NCBI GenBank assembly: GCA_037141915.1
Contig: JBAXBP010000003.1
Span: 1-52,937 of the forward strand
DNA: 52,937 bases
From: Bacteroidota bacterium
GTDB lineage: Bacteria > Bacteroidota > Bacteroidia > Bacteroidales > FEN-979
Direction: 5' to 3'
Under the pieces are notes generated by a model that was not told the origin of the DNA, did not search any database, and saw only the letters and a program-made list of their open reading frames with translations. The position numbers were made by a program, and so were the translations under genes. How positions within the stretch are numbered: the first letter of the stretch is position 1; each line of letters starts with the position of its first letter. Below, piece by piece: positions 25,679-36,412 of this stretch.

Positions 25679-27018
25679 TTTCTTATTTTATGTCCCCTCA
25701 CCGCGTAATAAAGAATATACGCATAGCAGGGAACCGTAATCCAGTATGCCTCTGCCTGCCCGAAAACATCGGCCAGCCTGCCGTATGCCAGGGGTAACAA
25801 CGCCCCTCCTGCAATGCCCATGATGAGCAGGGATGAGCCTATTTTGGTGAATTTTCCAAGTCCGTCAATAGCCAGCGGCCAGATTGCAGGCCACATAATG
25901 GCATTTGCAAGCCCGAGTAAAGCGATAAAGAATACGCTCAGGTCGAACGGCAGGGTAAGGGAAAAGCTCCCGATATTGATCAGGAGGGATGACTGGTAAG
26001 GGGCTTTGGTAGCCAGCATAGCGCAGACCACGAAAAGTATTCCGAATAAGGCGGAGGCTGCAAGCACGAATTCCTGTTTAAGGTATTTAGGGATGGTAAT
26101 GATCCCGATGATATAACCTATCACCATGGCTGCCAAGGTATAGGAGGCGAAATACTTTGCCTGCACGAAACCAATTCCCTGCGATTTACCGAAATTGATG
26201 ATGGTATCCACGGCGATGACTTCGACTCCCACATACAGGAATATCGCCACGACCCCGAGCACAAGCTGGGGGAACTGGAAAACGCTCGTTTTGTTTTGAT
26301 GCGAGACGGCATCCCCGACTTCCTCCGCATCGGTATCTATATCTGGCAGGTTGGAATACCTGAGCAGGATCGCCAGCAGAAAAAGAACCACTGCCATTAC
26401 AATATACGGCACGATGATCCTCCCGGCCAGGGCATTAAGGGTAAGATTGCGGTTTATCTCATCCAGTGATGCAAGATATTGCTTATCGAATTTGTCCATA
26501 CCCGCCAGCACTATTGCACCCAGGATAAGCGGGCTGATCACACCGGCTATTTTGTTGCAAATCCCCATAATGCTAATCCTCTTGGCTGCACTTTCAATGG
26601 GGCCCAGGATTGTTACATAGGGATTGGTTGCCGTTTGCAGGATGGCCAGTCCTGTACCCTCGATAAAAAGCCCGGTAAGGAACAGGCCGAACATCCTCGT
26701 GTAGGCTGCAGGTATAAAAAGCAGGGCGCCCAGTGCCATCACGATAAGCCCCAGCGACATTCCGTTTTTGAATCCAACCTTTCGAAGCAGGAATGAAGAA
26801 GGAATAGCCATCACCAGATATGAAATATAAAATGCAGAAGCTACAAAGTAAGCCTCAAAATTGTTCTTTTCGCAGGCCACCTTGAGAAATGGAATAAGGA
26901 CTGAATTAAGCCAGGTAACAAATCCGAAGATAAAAAAGAAGATCCCTATGATGAAGATCGAAAAAATGTACCGGGATTTGCCTGGATTCAGGGATGAGGG
27001 TTGGGGGGTTTGGGTCAT
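25651..27018 (-). CDS. gluP: Glucose/galactose MFS permease (FucP/GluP family)
   Basis: [56 protein letters not shown] -7 element TATTTTTG lies at 27037-27044 on the minus strand. Confidence 0.92.
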   Translation of the reverse strand: MTQTPQPSSLNPGKSRYIFSIFIIGIFFFIFGFVTWLNSVLIPFLKVACEKNNFEAYFVASAFYISYLVMAIPSSFLLRKVGFKNGMSLGLIVMALGALLFIPAAYTRMFGLFLTGLFIEGTGLAILQTATNPYVTILGPIESAAKRISIMGICNKIAGVISPLILGAIVLAGMDKFDKQYLASLDEINRNLTLNALAGRIIVPYIVMAVVLFLLAILLRYSNLPDIDTDAEEVGDAVSHQNKTSVFQFPQLVLGVVAIFLYVGVEVIAVDTIINFGKSQGIGFVQAKYFASYTLAAMVIGYIIGIITIPKYLKQEFVLAASALFGILFVVCAMLATKAPYQSSLLINIGSFSLTLPFDLSVFFIALLGLANAIMWPAIWPLAIDGLGKFTKIGSSLLIMGIAGGALLPLAYGRLADVFGQAEAYWITVPCYAYILYYAVRGHKIRKWRSSEVAK

Positions 27019-27103
27019 TTGGGAGAAATTTCAGGGCAAAAATAAAGGAATTCTGAATTTCACCAAATTATCCTATTTTTGTTGTTACAAGAACTACGGC
27101 AGA

Positions 27104-29131
27104 ATGGAACCTAAGGCTGAGAAATTTAATATCCTGATAGTTGATGACAGAAAAGAGAATCTGATTACACTCGAAACTATCATTGACAGCCCTGAACTGA
27201 AGATAATCAAGGCACTTTCGGGCAATGAGGCCCTCGCCCTCATGATTGAACATGAAATCTCACTGGTGTTGCTCGATGTGAACATGCCGGGAATGGACGG
27301 TTTTGAAACAGCTGAACTGATGCGCGGGAGCGAAAGGACCAAGAGCATCCCCATCATCTTCATCACTGCCACCTACCGCCAGCCAAAACAGATTTTCAGG
27401 GGGTATGAAACAGGGGCTGTGGATTATCTTTATAAACCGCTTGACCGGAAGATACTGCAAAACAAGATCAGGGCATATATCGATTTCTTCAAACAGAAGC
27501 ATGCCCTGCAGATTGCAACCGTTACACTCAAAAGCACCATTGCCGAACTCGACAAGGCAAAGAAAGCAGCTGAAGTGGCAACTCTTGCCAAAAGCTCCTT
27601 TCTGGCCAACATGAGCCATGAAATCAGGACACCTTTAAACGGGATCATAGGTATGACTGACCTCATGCTGATGGATGACGACCTTCAGCAACATTATAAG
27701 GAACAGTTGTCCGACATAAAGCAAAGCGGTGAATCACTGCTGGAGATCATTAACGAGATCCTTGATATATCTAAAATAGAAGCTGACAAGATAGAGATAG
27801 AGATCATTGAATTCAGTTTAAGGGAACTCCTTGAATCGGTCATTCGCCTGCTGTCAGTAAAGACTTACCAGAAAAACCTGGCTTTTTTCTGTGAACACCC
27901 TGCCAACCTCCCCGATATGTACCTGGGCGATCCAACAAGGATAAGGCAGGTACTGATAAATCTCATCGGGAATGCCTTGAAATTTACTGAAAAAGGGAAT
28001 ATCTGCCTTAGCATCAGCATTATTGAACAACTTGAACATGGTTACGTCCTGGATTTTACAGTAAGTGATACCGGGATCGGAATTCCTGCCGATAAACTGG
28101 AAGTATTGTTTGAATCATACAGCCAGGCCGATAAATCAACCACCCGCACCTATGGAGGAACAGGTCTTGGCCTTACAATTTCTAAAAAACTTGTGGAGTT
28201 GATGGGAGGTAAAGTCAGTGTAAGCAGCAAAGTCGGCAAAGGCAGCACTTTCGGGTTCAACCTACCGCTTTTCATCCCCGACACTCCCGATCATGCTTTC
28301 GTTCTTGAGTTACCCGGGGAAATCATGGGATCAAAAATCATCATTGCAGATGCCGAACCAAAGCATTCCTTACAGCTTACAGAGTTCCTGACTTCATGGG
28401 GCTTCAGGCCTGTTATAGTGAAATCCCCGGGTGAATGCTTGGAGGAGATCCGCGCAGCAGGCATTGATGGGGTAAAAGTAGTTTTTATAGACCAGGCCTT
28501 GCAGAATGGGAATACCGGGAATTTTTACGGGAAAATCCTTGAGGCCAGTCCTGAAGGGAAGAAACCCGAAAGAGTTGTCATGCTATCCAATAAATCAGTG
28601 CAGGCCACCCGTAAACTTGTTGCGGAAGGTATCACCCATTACCTCTTTAAACCCGTCCTGCATATGGATCTCCTGCATATGATGGAAAGGATACTGGGGC
28701 TTAAAACAACCCAGGCAAGTACAGATTCACATATCCAGTCATTCAGTAAAACGGGGCCGAAACTACATATCCTGGTTGCTGAAGACCAGCCAATTAACCA
28801 ACGGATCATGGTGCAGCTGCTTGGGAAAAAAGGCTGGGACGTGACCACTGCCAATAACGGCCTTGAAGCCATGCATAAGGCACATGAAACAGAGTTCTCC
28901 ATTATACTCATGGATGTGATGATGCCCGAAATGGACGGTTTTGAATGCACCCGGATGATTCGGCAGGATACCGAGGGGAAGAACTTCAATACTCCGATCA
29001 TCGCCCTTACTGCCAATGCCATGAAAGGTGACAGGGAACAGTGTATTGCCTCCGGAATGAATGATTATATTTCAAAACCTATCAATCCGGAAGAAGTATT
29101 CCAGATCATTGAAAAATATTATTCAAAGTGA
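27104..29131 (+). CDS. Cytoplasmic hybrid histidine kinase (REC-HisKA-HATPase-degenerate REC-REC)
   Basis: [66 protein letters not shown] at 27074-27081 supports ATG 27104. Confidence 0.94.
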   Translation: MEPKAEKFNILIVDDRKENLITLETIIDSPELKIIKALSGNEALALMIEHEISLVLLDVNMPGMDGFETAELMRGSERTKSIPIIFITATYRQPKQIFRGYETGAVDYLYKPLDRKILQNKIRAYIDFFKQKHALQIATVTLKSTIAELDKAKKAAEVATLAKSSFLANMSHEIRTPLNGIIGMTDLMLMDDDLQQHYKEQLSDIKQSGESLLEIINEILDISKIEADKIEIEIIEFSLRELLESVIRLLSVKTYQKNLAFFCEHPANLPDMYLGDPTRIRQVLINLIGNALKFTEKGNICLSISIIEQLEHGYVLDFTVSDTGIGIPADKLEVLFESYSQADKSTTRTYGGTGLGLTISKKLVELMGGKVSVSSKVGKGSTFGFNLPLFIPDTPDHAFVLELPGEIMGSKIIIADAEPKHSLQLTEFLTSWGFRPVIVKSPGECLEEIRAAGIDGVKVVFIDQALQNGNTGNFYGKILEASPEGKKPERVVMLSNKSVQATRKLVAEGITHYLFKPVLHMDLLHMMERILGLKTTQASTDSHIQSFSKTGPKLHILVAEDQPINQRIMVQLLGKKGWDVTTANNGLEAMHKAHETEFSIILMDVMMPEMDGFECTRMIRQDTEGKNFNTPIIALTANAMKGDREQCIASGMNDYISKPINPEEVFQIIEKYYSK

Positions 29132-29144
29132 AATCCCAAGGATT

Positions 29145-32100
29145 ATGACAAACCATACCTGGAAAAGGATCAAACTTGCATTCCTTAATTTTGATTACAG
29201 TACCCTTAAAAATATCGGCATAGGCAAGACCATGCTCCTGTATTTCCTCGCCATTTCACTTATCCCCCTAAGCATACTCAGCTACATCAATTTCAGGAAT
29301 TATTACATGGGCCTCACCATCATGGCCAAGAAAGCCCTCTTCACAACATCCCAGCTGAGGATCAATTATCTCAACACCTACTTTACCGACCTGAACACTT
29401 ACATTGATGAAATGGCCAGGGATCAGGATCATATTTATTTCCTCGAACATCTCTCGGCAGCTCCCGAAAAAAACAACAAATCATATACAGGGACAGCTAG
29501 CAGTAAGTACGAGGAATTTGAAACAAGCCTCCGCACCGAGATCCAGAAAAGCTGGATCCCCGACGGCATTCATAACATTTACTTCATCGACCTGAAAGGG
29601 AATATTGTTTTTGAGCTCAACCAGGCTGATGATTTCGGCAAGAACCTGTTTACTTCAGATCTTTCAGGTACTAAGTTTTCGAGGATGACCAAAAAGATTA
29701 TCTCCGACGGGAAGCGGCAGTTCTCCGACCTGGAATTTTATCCTCCGAAAAGCCAGACTGCATATGGATTTCTTGGTTGCCAGGTAAGAAACCTTGAAGG
29801 AAGGAAAATAGGTGTTCTGGTTATCCAGCTTTCTACTGAGAAAATAGACAAGATCATACAGTATGGTGTTGGTTTCGGCGCTTCCGGCCATGTTTACATT
29901 GTGGGTGTTGACATGGTTATACGTTCAAACAGCACCATCAGCGGGGTCAGCCCGATTCTCAAGGTTGCCGAGGTAAATGACAAGACCAGTACCTGGCAGC
30001 AGTATAAAGCCAATAACCTTATCCTTCAACCCGACGGGAACCCGATACGGGAGGAGGTGACTATATATCCCACAAGTTCCGGGAAGATCGTGATCGGGAT
30101 CTACAGGAACCTCGATATCATTGAGGAACTTGGAGTGCACTGGGCCCTTGTTGAAGAGATAGACCAGGGGGAGGCTCATGCCATAGCCCAGGAGCTGTCA
30201 TTCTTTGCCAAGGTCGCATTGATCGTGACAACCATTCTTGTTTTCATCCTTTCGATCCTTGTTACCAGGAAGTTTGTCAATCCTCTGAAAGTCCTTTCGG
30301 AATGGGCAAAGCAGGTCGGCAGCGGGCAGCTGATCATACGCGACGTCAAAGTTTCAAAAGATGAAGTCGGTGAAATGAAAGATCAGTTCATCCGCCTTGT
30401 TATCTCCCTGAAATCCATGGCCGACGTAAGCCAGGCCGTTGCGCTTGGCGATTACAGCAAATCGGTCCAGATACGCAGCGAAGATGATATCCTCGGCAAA
30501 TCCATGAACCAGATGGTCGAAAGCTTCAAGAATGTTGTGAAGCAGGCCAAGTCTATTGCCAGCGGGGATTATTCTTCGAACATCGTGCCCAGGAGCGACG
30601 GTGACACTCTCGGGATCGCCCTTTATGATATGACCAACAGGTTGAGGGAAGCCCATATCGAGATCTCATACCAGGACTGGCTCAAGACCGGACTGAATGA
30701 ACTCGGGATAAAGATATCCGGAGAAAAAAAGATAAAGGAATTATGTGAAGAGGTGGTCACTTTCCTCAGCCATTACCTCGAAGCCCAGATCGGGCTGTTG
30801 TATACGCACGAAGATGACAACCTTCTGCACCTGACTGCTACCTATGCTTATTCAGGTGATCCTGCTTCGGCCAAACCCCTTGCTCCCGGAGAAGGGCTGA
30901 TAGGACAGGTTGCCAAGGAAAGGAGGAAGATGATGTTCTTCTCAGCTTCGGAGGTGCTGCCTAATGTGATTGTGGGCCCCGACAACCTCCAGCCGCAGAA
31001 TTTCGTTTTGGCTCCCATCGTTTTCGAGAACGTTCTTTCAGGTGTGATCGAGCTGGGTTCATTCAGACCCTTCGACGAACAGAAGCAGAAATTCCTCGAA
31101 ACATCGCTTGAGAACATTGCTGTCGCATTAAATACGTCCCGTTCAAGGGAGCGTGTGGTACAGCTGCTGATGAAGACCCGGGAACAGGCCAACGAAATGG
31201 CTGACCAGAAAGAGGAACTCAGGCAGATCAACCAGGAGCTTGAAGAACAAACCAAAGCCCTTCGCTTATCAGAAGAAAGCCTGCAGCACCAGCAGGAAGA
31301 ACTCAGGGTGATCAATGAGGAACTTGAAGAACGGACCAAGGTATTGGAACTGCAACGCGATGATATCCGCAAGAAAAACCAGGCTCTTGAACTGGCCCAG
31401 GAAGAGATCAGGCAGAAAGCCGAAGCCCTTGAGATCGCCAGCAGGTACAAATCGGAATTCCTGGCGAATATGTCGCACGAGTTAAGAACCCCTCTCAACA
31501 GCATCCTGGTCCTCTCGGAGATACTGTCCACAAATAAAAACGGGGTGATGACCAAGGACGAAATTGAATTTGCCAAGATAGTTCATTCCTCAGGGACAGA
31601 CCTTCTAGAGCTCATCAACGACATCCTTGATCTTTCGAAAGTCGAGGCCGGGAAAATGGAACTCGAGATTGAATCTGTAAGTCCTGAAAACATACAGGAT
31701 TACGTGGTCAGGTCTTTCACACCCCTCACTCAATCAAAAAATATCGAACTTAAGACCGTTCTTGATAAAGACATTCCCGAAACAATCGAAACTGATATCC
31801 AGCGATTGCTTCAGATTATCAAGAACCTCATGTCGAATGCAATAAAATTCACTGAGCAGGGAAGCGTGACTCTTAAAATAGCAAGAACTGCATCAGGTAC
31901 CCGTTTCAATAACCTTTCACTTAATGCGGGAAATTCTCTGGCAATCATGGTCACTGATACAGGCATCGGGATACCAGACGATAAAAAGCATGCGATCTTT
32001 GAAGCATTCCAGCAGGCCGACGGGACTGTGAGCAGGAAATTCGGAGGCACCGGGCTTGGCCTTACCATCTCGAGAAGCCTTGCCCGCCTGCTCGGAGGAG

Positions 32101-32681
32101 AGATACAAATGAACAGCCAGATTGGAGAAGGCAGTACATTTATAATCTATATCCCGGTTAACTACCCCCCTCCGCATCAGGGCGTGCAGGAAACTGCTGA
32201 ACTTCCTCCTGTCACTTATAAAAAACATGTTGAGGATGTGATTGAAAATCCGCCTGCAGAAGAAGAGCATCAGCACGAAAGTTCCGGCTTTCTTCCCGAT
32301 ACTGTATTCAGAGGGAAAAAGATCCTTGTCGTGGATGACGACATGAGAAATGTGTATGTGCTTTCAAAGATCCTCGAAGAGAAACACGTTGAAATCGTTA
32401 TTGGCCGAACGGGAAAAGAAGGCATTGAGAGGCTTCAGCAGCATCCCGATATCAACCTCGTCATCATGGATATCATGATGCCCGAGATGGATGGATATAC
32501 TGCAATGCAGCTGATCAGGAAAGAAGAGAGGTTTGCGGCACTGCCTATTATTGCATTGACCGCCAAGGCCATGAAAGGCGACCGTGAGAAATGTATTGAA
32601 GCCGGCGCAAATGATTACATGTCAAAGCCGGTGCAGACCGAGAAACTGCTCAGCCTTCTGAGGGTGTGGCTTCAGAAGTAG
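29145..32681 (+). CDS. Membrane hybrid histidine kinase (Cache-like sensor, multiple HAMP, GAF, long coiled coil, HisKA, HATPase, REC)
   Basis: Two TM helices, HAMP motifs (DEVGEM, RSEDDILG, RSDGDTLG), GAF (GEGLIGQVAKE, GVIELGS), QQEELRVINEELEE coil, [29 protein letters not shown]. Confidence 0.94.
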   Translation: MTNHTWKRIKLAFLNFDYSTLKNIGIGKTMLLYFLAISLIPLSILSYINFRNYYMGLTIMAKKALFTTSQLRINYLNTYFTDLNTYIDEMARDQDHIYFLEHLSAAPEKNNKSYTGTASSKYEEFETSLRTEIQKSWIPDGIHNIYFIDLKGNIVFELNQADDFGKNLFTSDLSGTKFSRMTKKIISDGKRQFSDLEFYPPKSQTAYGFLGCQVRNLEGRKIGVLVIQLSTEKIDKIIQYGVGFGASGHVYIVGVDMVIRSNSTISGVSPILKVAEVNDKTSTWQQYKANNLILQPDGNPIREEVTIYPTSSGKIVIGIYRNLDIIEELGVHWALVEEIDQGEAHAIAQELSFFAKVALIVTTILVFILSILVTRKFVNPLKVLSEWAKQVGSGQLIIRDVKVSKDEVGEMKDQFIRLVISLKSMADVSQAVALGDYSKSVQIRSEDDILGKSMNQMVESFKNVVKQAKSIASGDYSSNIVPRSDGDTLGIALYDMTNRLREAHIEISYQDWLKTGLNELGIKISGEKKIKELCEEVVTFLSHYLEAQIGLLYTHEDDNLLHLTATYAYSGDPASAKPLAPGEGLIGQVAKERRKMMFFSASEVLPNVIVGPDNLQPQNFVLAPIVFENVLSGVIELGSFRPFDEQKQKFLETSLENIAVALNTSRSRERVVQLLMKTREQANEMADQKEELRQINQELEEQTKALRLSEESLQHQQEELRVINEELEERTKVLELQRDDIRKKNQALELAQEEIRQKAEALEIASRYKSEFLANMSHELRTPLNSILVLSEILSTNKNGVMTKDEIEFAKIVHSSGTDLLELINDILDLSKVEAGKMELEIESVSPENIQDYVVRSFTPLTQSKNIELKTVLDKDIPETIETDIQRLLQIIKNLMSNAIKFTEQGSVTLKIARTASGTRFNNLSLNAGNSLAIMVTDTGIGIPDDKKHAIFEAFQQADGTVSRKFGGTGLGLTISRSLARLLGGEIQMNSQIGEGSTFIIYIPVNYPPPHQGVQETAELPPVTYKKHVEDVIENPPAEEEHQHESSGFLPDTVFRGKKILVVDDDMRNVYVLSKILEEKHVEIVIGRTGKEGIERLQQHPDINLVIMDIMMPEMDGYTAMQLIRKEERFAALPIIALTAKAMKGDREKCIEAGANDYMSKPVQTEKLLSLLRVWLQK

Positions 32682-33411
32682 GGAGATCCGTGCTTTCCTT
32701 CAAAGGATCTCCTTCTGAGAGTGGCGAGGGCTCTGCTCCTGCCTGAGATTCGAAATTCTTTTTCTTGTGCTTTAATATCGTTCCATTGACGATAAACACT
32801 ACCGATTCGGCGATATTGGTCGAATAGCCGGCAATCCGTTCGATGGATGTAAGAACCACGATGAGGTTTGTCGCGACAACTATCACCTCGTTTTTATGCA
32901 TCATTTCCTCTATGATCCTTGTATTCACCGCTTCCACCTTTTCCTCTATCGCCGTGGCAAGAGCGAAAATATCCTTGACGAAAGTCGTATTCCGTGAATT
33001 CAGGATAGTATTCACATCATTCACTATCATATCGGTCATGTTTACTATTTCTCCGATTTGAAGTTCATTCAGGATCTCAGGGTATTCACTGATCCCTTCT
33101 ATCTTCTGTGCAATGATCACTGCATGGTCACCCATACGTTCCAGGTCGTTGTTCATCCTGAGCGACGACATGATAAGCCTCAGGTCAGTTGCTACAGGCT
33201 GGGTCAACGCAAAAATTGTCTGGCAAAGCTTGTCGATCTTGTTGTCAAGCTTATCCACTTTCCTGTCTTTCTCAATGATCTGCCTTGCCAGTTCGTTGTC
33301 GCCCCTTAGCAGGGCGTCAAACGAGTTATGGACCTGCTCGGCTACCAGGTTTCCCATTTTAAGTATCCGCTTTTTCAGCTTTTCCAGTTCCAGTTCAAAA
33401 TGACGTTCCAT
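32650..33411 (-). CDS. phoU: Phosphate transport regulator PhoU
   Basis: QPVATDLR, NDLERMGDHA, ERIAGYSTNIAESV. Last gene of the pst operon. Confidence 0.95.
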   Translation of the reverse strand: MERHFELELEKLKKRILKMGNLVAEQVHNSFDALLRGDNELARQIIEKDRKVDKLDNKIDKLCQTIFALTQPVATDLRLIMSSLRMNNDLERMGDHAVIIAQKIEGISEYPEILNELQIGEIVNMTDMIVNDVNTILNSRNTTFVKDIFALATAIEEKVEAVNTRIIEEMMHKNEVIVVATNLIVVLTSIERIAGYSTNIAESVVFIVNGTILKHKKKNFESQAGAEPSPLSEGDPLKESTDLPTSEATPSEG

Positions 33412-33451
33412 ATGTTTCTTTTTTTGTGTATGTGGATGGCATTATCCGGGA

Positions 33452-34210
33452 TCAACCGAACCTCCCGGTAATATATTCCTCGGTGTGCTTTACATCAGGA
33501 GCTGTAAAGATCTTCCGTGTTTTGCCGAATTCGATCAGTTCTCCCAGGTAAAAAAATGCAGTATAATCGCTTACGCGGGCGGCCTGCTGCATATTATGGG
33601 TCACTATCACAATGGTGTAACTCTTTTTCAGCTCGAATATAAGTTCTTCTATTTTGCCTGTGGATATCGGATCGAGTGCGCTGGCGGGCTCATCCATGAG
33701 AATGATCTCAGGTTCAACGGCCAGGGTCCGTGCAATACAGAGCCTCTGCTGCTGCCCCCCCGAGAGGCCAAGTGCCGAATCATGCATGCGGTCTTTCACT
33801 TCATCCCAGATCGCCGCATTCTTAAGAGATCTTTCAACAATCTCCGTCAGTATCTTAAGATTATTGATACCGTTGATCCTTGGGCCATAGGCAACATTTT
33901 CAAAAATAGATTTGGCAAATGGGTTCGATTTCTGGAACACCATGCCGATCTTTTTCCTCAGATTTACGACATCGATTTTCTTCTGATAAATGTTAAGGCC
34001 GTCAATGAGTATCTCGCCGGTGATCTTTACACTTGGAATAAGATCATTCATCCGGTTCAGGCTTCTCAGGAAGGTTGATTTCCCGCATCCTGACGGGCCT
34101 ATAAAAGCAGTGACTTCTTTTTCAGGGATCTGCATGCTGATCGAATTCAGGGCCATTTTCTGGCCATAGTGCAGAGTGAGATCCCTGGTTACAATTTTGG
34201 CTTCTTTCAT
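33452..34210 (-). CDS. pstB: Phosphate ABC transporter ATPase
   Basis: [47 protein letters not shown]. Confidence 0.97.
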   Translation of the reverse strand: MKEAKIVTRDLTLHYGQKMALNSISMQIPEKEVTAFIGPSGCGKSTFLRSLNRMNDLIPSVKITGEILIDGLNIYQKKIDVVNLRKKIGMVFQKSNPFAKSIFENVAYGPRINGINNLKILTEIVERSLKNAAIWDEVKDRMHDSALGLSGGQQQRLCIARTLAVEPEIILMDEPASALDPISTGKIEELIFELKKSYTIVIVTHNMQQAARVSDYTAFFYLGELIEFGKTRKIFTAPDVKHTEEYITGRFG

Positions 34211-34218
34211 AATTCAAT

Positions 34219-35124
34219 TCATTTCATTCTTCTTCTCAGTCTTGACCTGATCAGGACAGCTGTAAGATTGAGGGAAAAGGTAAGCATTAGCAAAACAAGA
34301 GTGGTTGCAAACTGAATGGGCATGGCCTGGTCGACGTTCGCCGATTGGGTCGACATCACATAGATATGGTAACCCAGGTTCATGAACTGGTCCGAGACTG
34401 ATGTCGGTAATGTTGCCAGGTAATAAGCTGCCCCGGTAAAAAGTATGGGTGCGACCTCTCCTGCCCCGCGACCTACCGCAAGAATGGTGCCTGTCATGAT
34501 ACCCGAAACCGATCCGGGAAGGACTACTCTTTTGATGGTCTGCCATTTGGTTGCTCCAAGTGCAAGACTTGCCTCACGCAGCTCCCTCGGCACAGTCCTG
34601 ATCGCCTCTTCCACCGAAACAATTACAACAGGAAGTGTGAGCAACGCCATGGTGAGGCTCCCCCAGAGCAGGTTCGGCTGGGCCCATTTTAGATGGCCCC
34701 CGAGAAACCAGTTGTCCATGCCGGCCCCCACAAACTTGATAAAAAATCCTAAACCGAATAAACCAAAAATGATAGATGGGACTGTTGCAAGTGTTCTTAC
34801 CGCGAAACGTATGGTCTGGGCAATCCAGGACTTTTCATGGGCATATTCGGTAAGGTAAATGGCAGTGATGGTCCCGAATGGTACTGCAGCTATCGACATG
34901 ATGATAACCAGCAGTGCAGTGCCATAGATGGCAGGGAAAATTCCCCCTTTCATCATCCCTTCTTCGGGAAAGGTCGTGAGAAATTTCCAGGTCAGGGTAT
35001 CCTTGCCTCCGATAAAGGTGACGACAAGCATGATAACTATTATGCCAAGGATCAGAATGACCGACAATGCTGATGCGGCAGTAACTGTACCTCCGATGAT
35101 CTTATTTTTCAGCCTTATCTTCAT
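34219..35124 (-). CDS. pstA: Phosphate ABC transporter permease PstA
   Basis: GGIFPAIYGT, VPSIIFGLFGLGFF, REASLALGATKWQT, GEVAPILFTG. Confidence 0.95.
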   Translation of the reverse strand: MKIRLKNKIIGGTVTAASALSVILILGIIVIMLVVTFIGGKDTLTWKFLTTFPEEGMMKGGIFPAIYGTALLVIIMSIAAVPFGTITAIYLTEYAHEKSWIAQTIRFAVRTLATVPSIIFGLFGLGFFIKFVGAGMDNWFLGGHLKWAQPNLLWGSLTMALLTLPVVIVSVEEAIRTVPRELREASLALGATKWQTIKRVVLPGSVSGIMTGTILAVGRGAGEVAPILFTGAAYYLATLPTSVSDQFMNLGYHIYVMSTQSANVDQAMPIQFATTLVLLMLTFSLNLTAVLIRSRLRRRMK

Positions 35125-36335
35125 TTCCCCTGGATTTTTTTAACAAGTTTACCTTTAACATAAAACTCAGCTACTGCATTGATGGAGAAATTAAAGATAA
35201 ACAGCATGGAGCCTATAAGGAAAAGGACCCCGTAATGCATGTCACCAAAAACCACTTCGGCCATTTCTGCACCGATGGTTGCAGCAAGGGTACGTACCGA
35301 TTCAAAGGGGTTTAGTCCGCTTAAAGCAGCATTCCCGGTAGCCATCAACGCGATCATGGTTTCTCCGAAAACACGGCCGACACCCAGCAGGACCGCTGCG
35401 AAAATACCAGGAGTCGCAGCCGGCAGGGTGACAAAAACTGCAGTCTGCCATTTGGAGGCTCCAAGGGCCAGGCTGGCTTCTTTATATGATGCCGGTATTG
35501 CCGTAAGCGCATCCTCAGTGATTGTAAAAATTACAGGTATCGCAGCAAGAGCCATCGCAATCCCTCCCACAAAAGAGTTCAGCCTTGTTTCGTAGCCGAA
35601 CAGGTTCTGAAGGAAAGTGGCCATGACCATCAGAGCAAAGAAACCTATTACAACCGATGGAAATCCTGCCAGTAGTTCTATGGCCGGTTTGATCCATTCC
35701 CTTAACCAGGCAGGTGCAAAGGAAGAAGAGAACAAAGCAGCAAAAATAGCAATGGGGGCGGCAAACAACATCGCAATAAGAGTCACTTTGAGTGTGCCAA
35801 CAAATAACGGGATCAGGCCGTACCTTGGATTCTCCGAAACCGGGAACCATTCATTACTGAATAAGCTGCTGAGAGAACCTTCGCTTTCAGGTTCCGATGA
35901 AGGCCTGAGGCTTGCATCCGGGTTGACCTCATCAGCGCTGATGGAAGTGTCTTTCACAAGCCCGTACGATTCAGGCTTATTTGCAGCTGCAGGCTCCGAA
36001 CCGGTATATGTTTCAGGTTTATTTTCACCTGCAGATGCTTCTGCTCCGCCATATGTTTCAGGCTTCTGGCTGCCTGCTTCAGTGTCGGAACTTCCATAGC
36101 TTTCAGGTTTGTTACCGTCAGTAATTTTTTGTTGTTCGGTAGTGGCTTTTGGCCTGTGTTTAAACGCAGGAAGACTTTCCCGGAATACGAAAAAGAAAAT
36201 CAGAATGATAAGTGCAATGGAAAGAAATGCAACCGAAGTAATCAGTTTCTCGGCAAAAAATTCTGAAAATCTGAATTTCTTCCTTAATGATTCAGCGGTA
36301 AAACTTAAACCGGGTGTTGCCTGGTTGGAATTCAT
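35121..36335 (-). CDS. pstC: Phosphate ABC transporter permease PstC with a repetitive extramembrane insert
   Basis: KPAIELLAGFPSVVIGFF, EASLALGASKWQT, GRVFGETM. Confidence 0.95.
   Translation of the reverse strand: MNSNQATPGLSFTAESLRKKFRFSEFFAEKLITSVAFLSIALIILIFFFVFRESLPAFKHRPKATTEQQKITDGNKPESYGSSDTEAGSQKPETYGGAEASAGENKPETYTGSEPAAANKPESYGLVKDTSISADEVNPDASLRPSSEPESEGSLSSLFSNEWFPVSENPRYGLIPLFVGTLKVTLIAMLFAAPIAIFAALFSSSFAPAWLREWIKPAIELLAGFPSVVIGFFALMVMATFLQNLFGYETRLNSFVGGIAMALAAIPVIFTITEDALTAIPASYKEASLALGASKWQTAVFVTLPAATPGIFAAVLLGVGRVFGETMIALMATGNAALSGLNPFESVRTLAATIGAEMAEVVFGDMHYGVLFLIGSMLFIFNFSINAVAEFYVKGKLVKKIQGK
35962..36110 (-). repeat. Four KPE(S/T)Y(G/T) peptide repeats in PstC (45/45/42-nt spacing)
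   Basis: Units at 36094-36110, 36049-36065, 36004-36020 and 35962-35978. Confidence 0.85.
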
Positions 36336-36347
36336 TGTAATCTATTT

Positions 36348-36387
36348 AAAAGTGAAAGGCAACATTTTTGCAAATGCTGCCAATCAC
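36348..36387 (-). terminator. Hairpin between pstS and pstC (terminator or mRNA-stabilising stem)
   Basis: Minus strand GTGATTGGCAGCATTT-GCAA-AAATGTTGCCTTTCAC followed by TTTT. Confidence 0.65.
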
Positions 36388-36412
36388 CTACACACAATTA
36401 CTAACAAAAGTA

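Noticed and set aside
26861-27103. ORF-track N-terminal extension of the hybrid kinase overlapping gluP
   Set aside because: It overlaps a divergent gene and both promoters. ATG 27104 directly precedes the REC domain.
30848-31576. 242-aa Ser-rich minus-strand ORF
   Set aside because: Antisense shadow of the Glu/Gln-rich coiled coil of the hybrid kinase.
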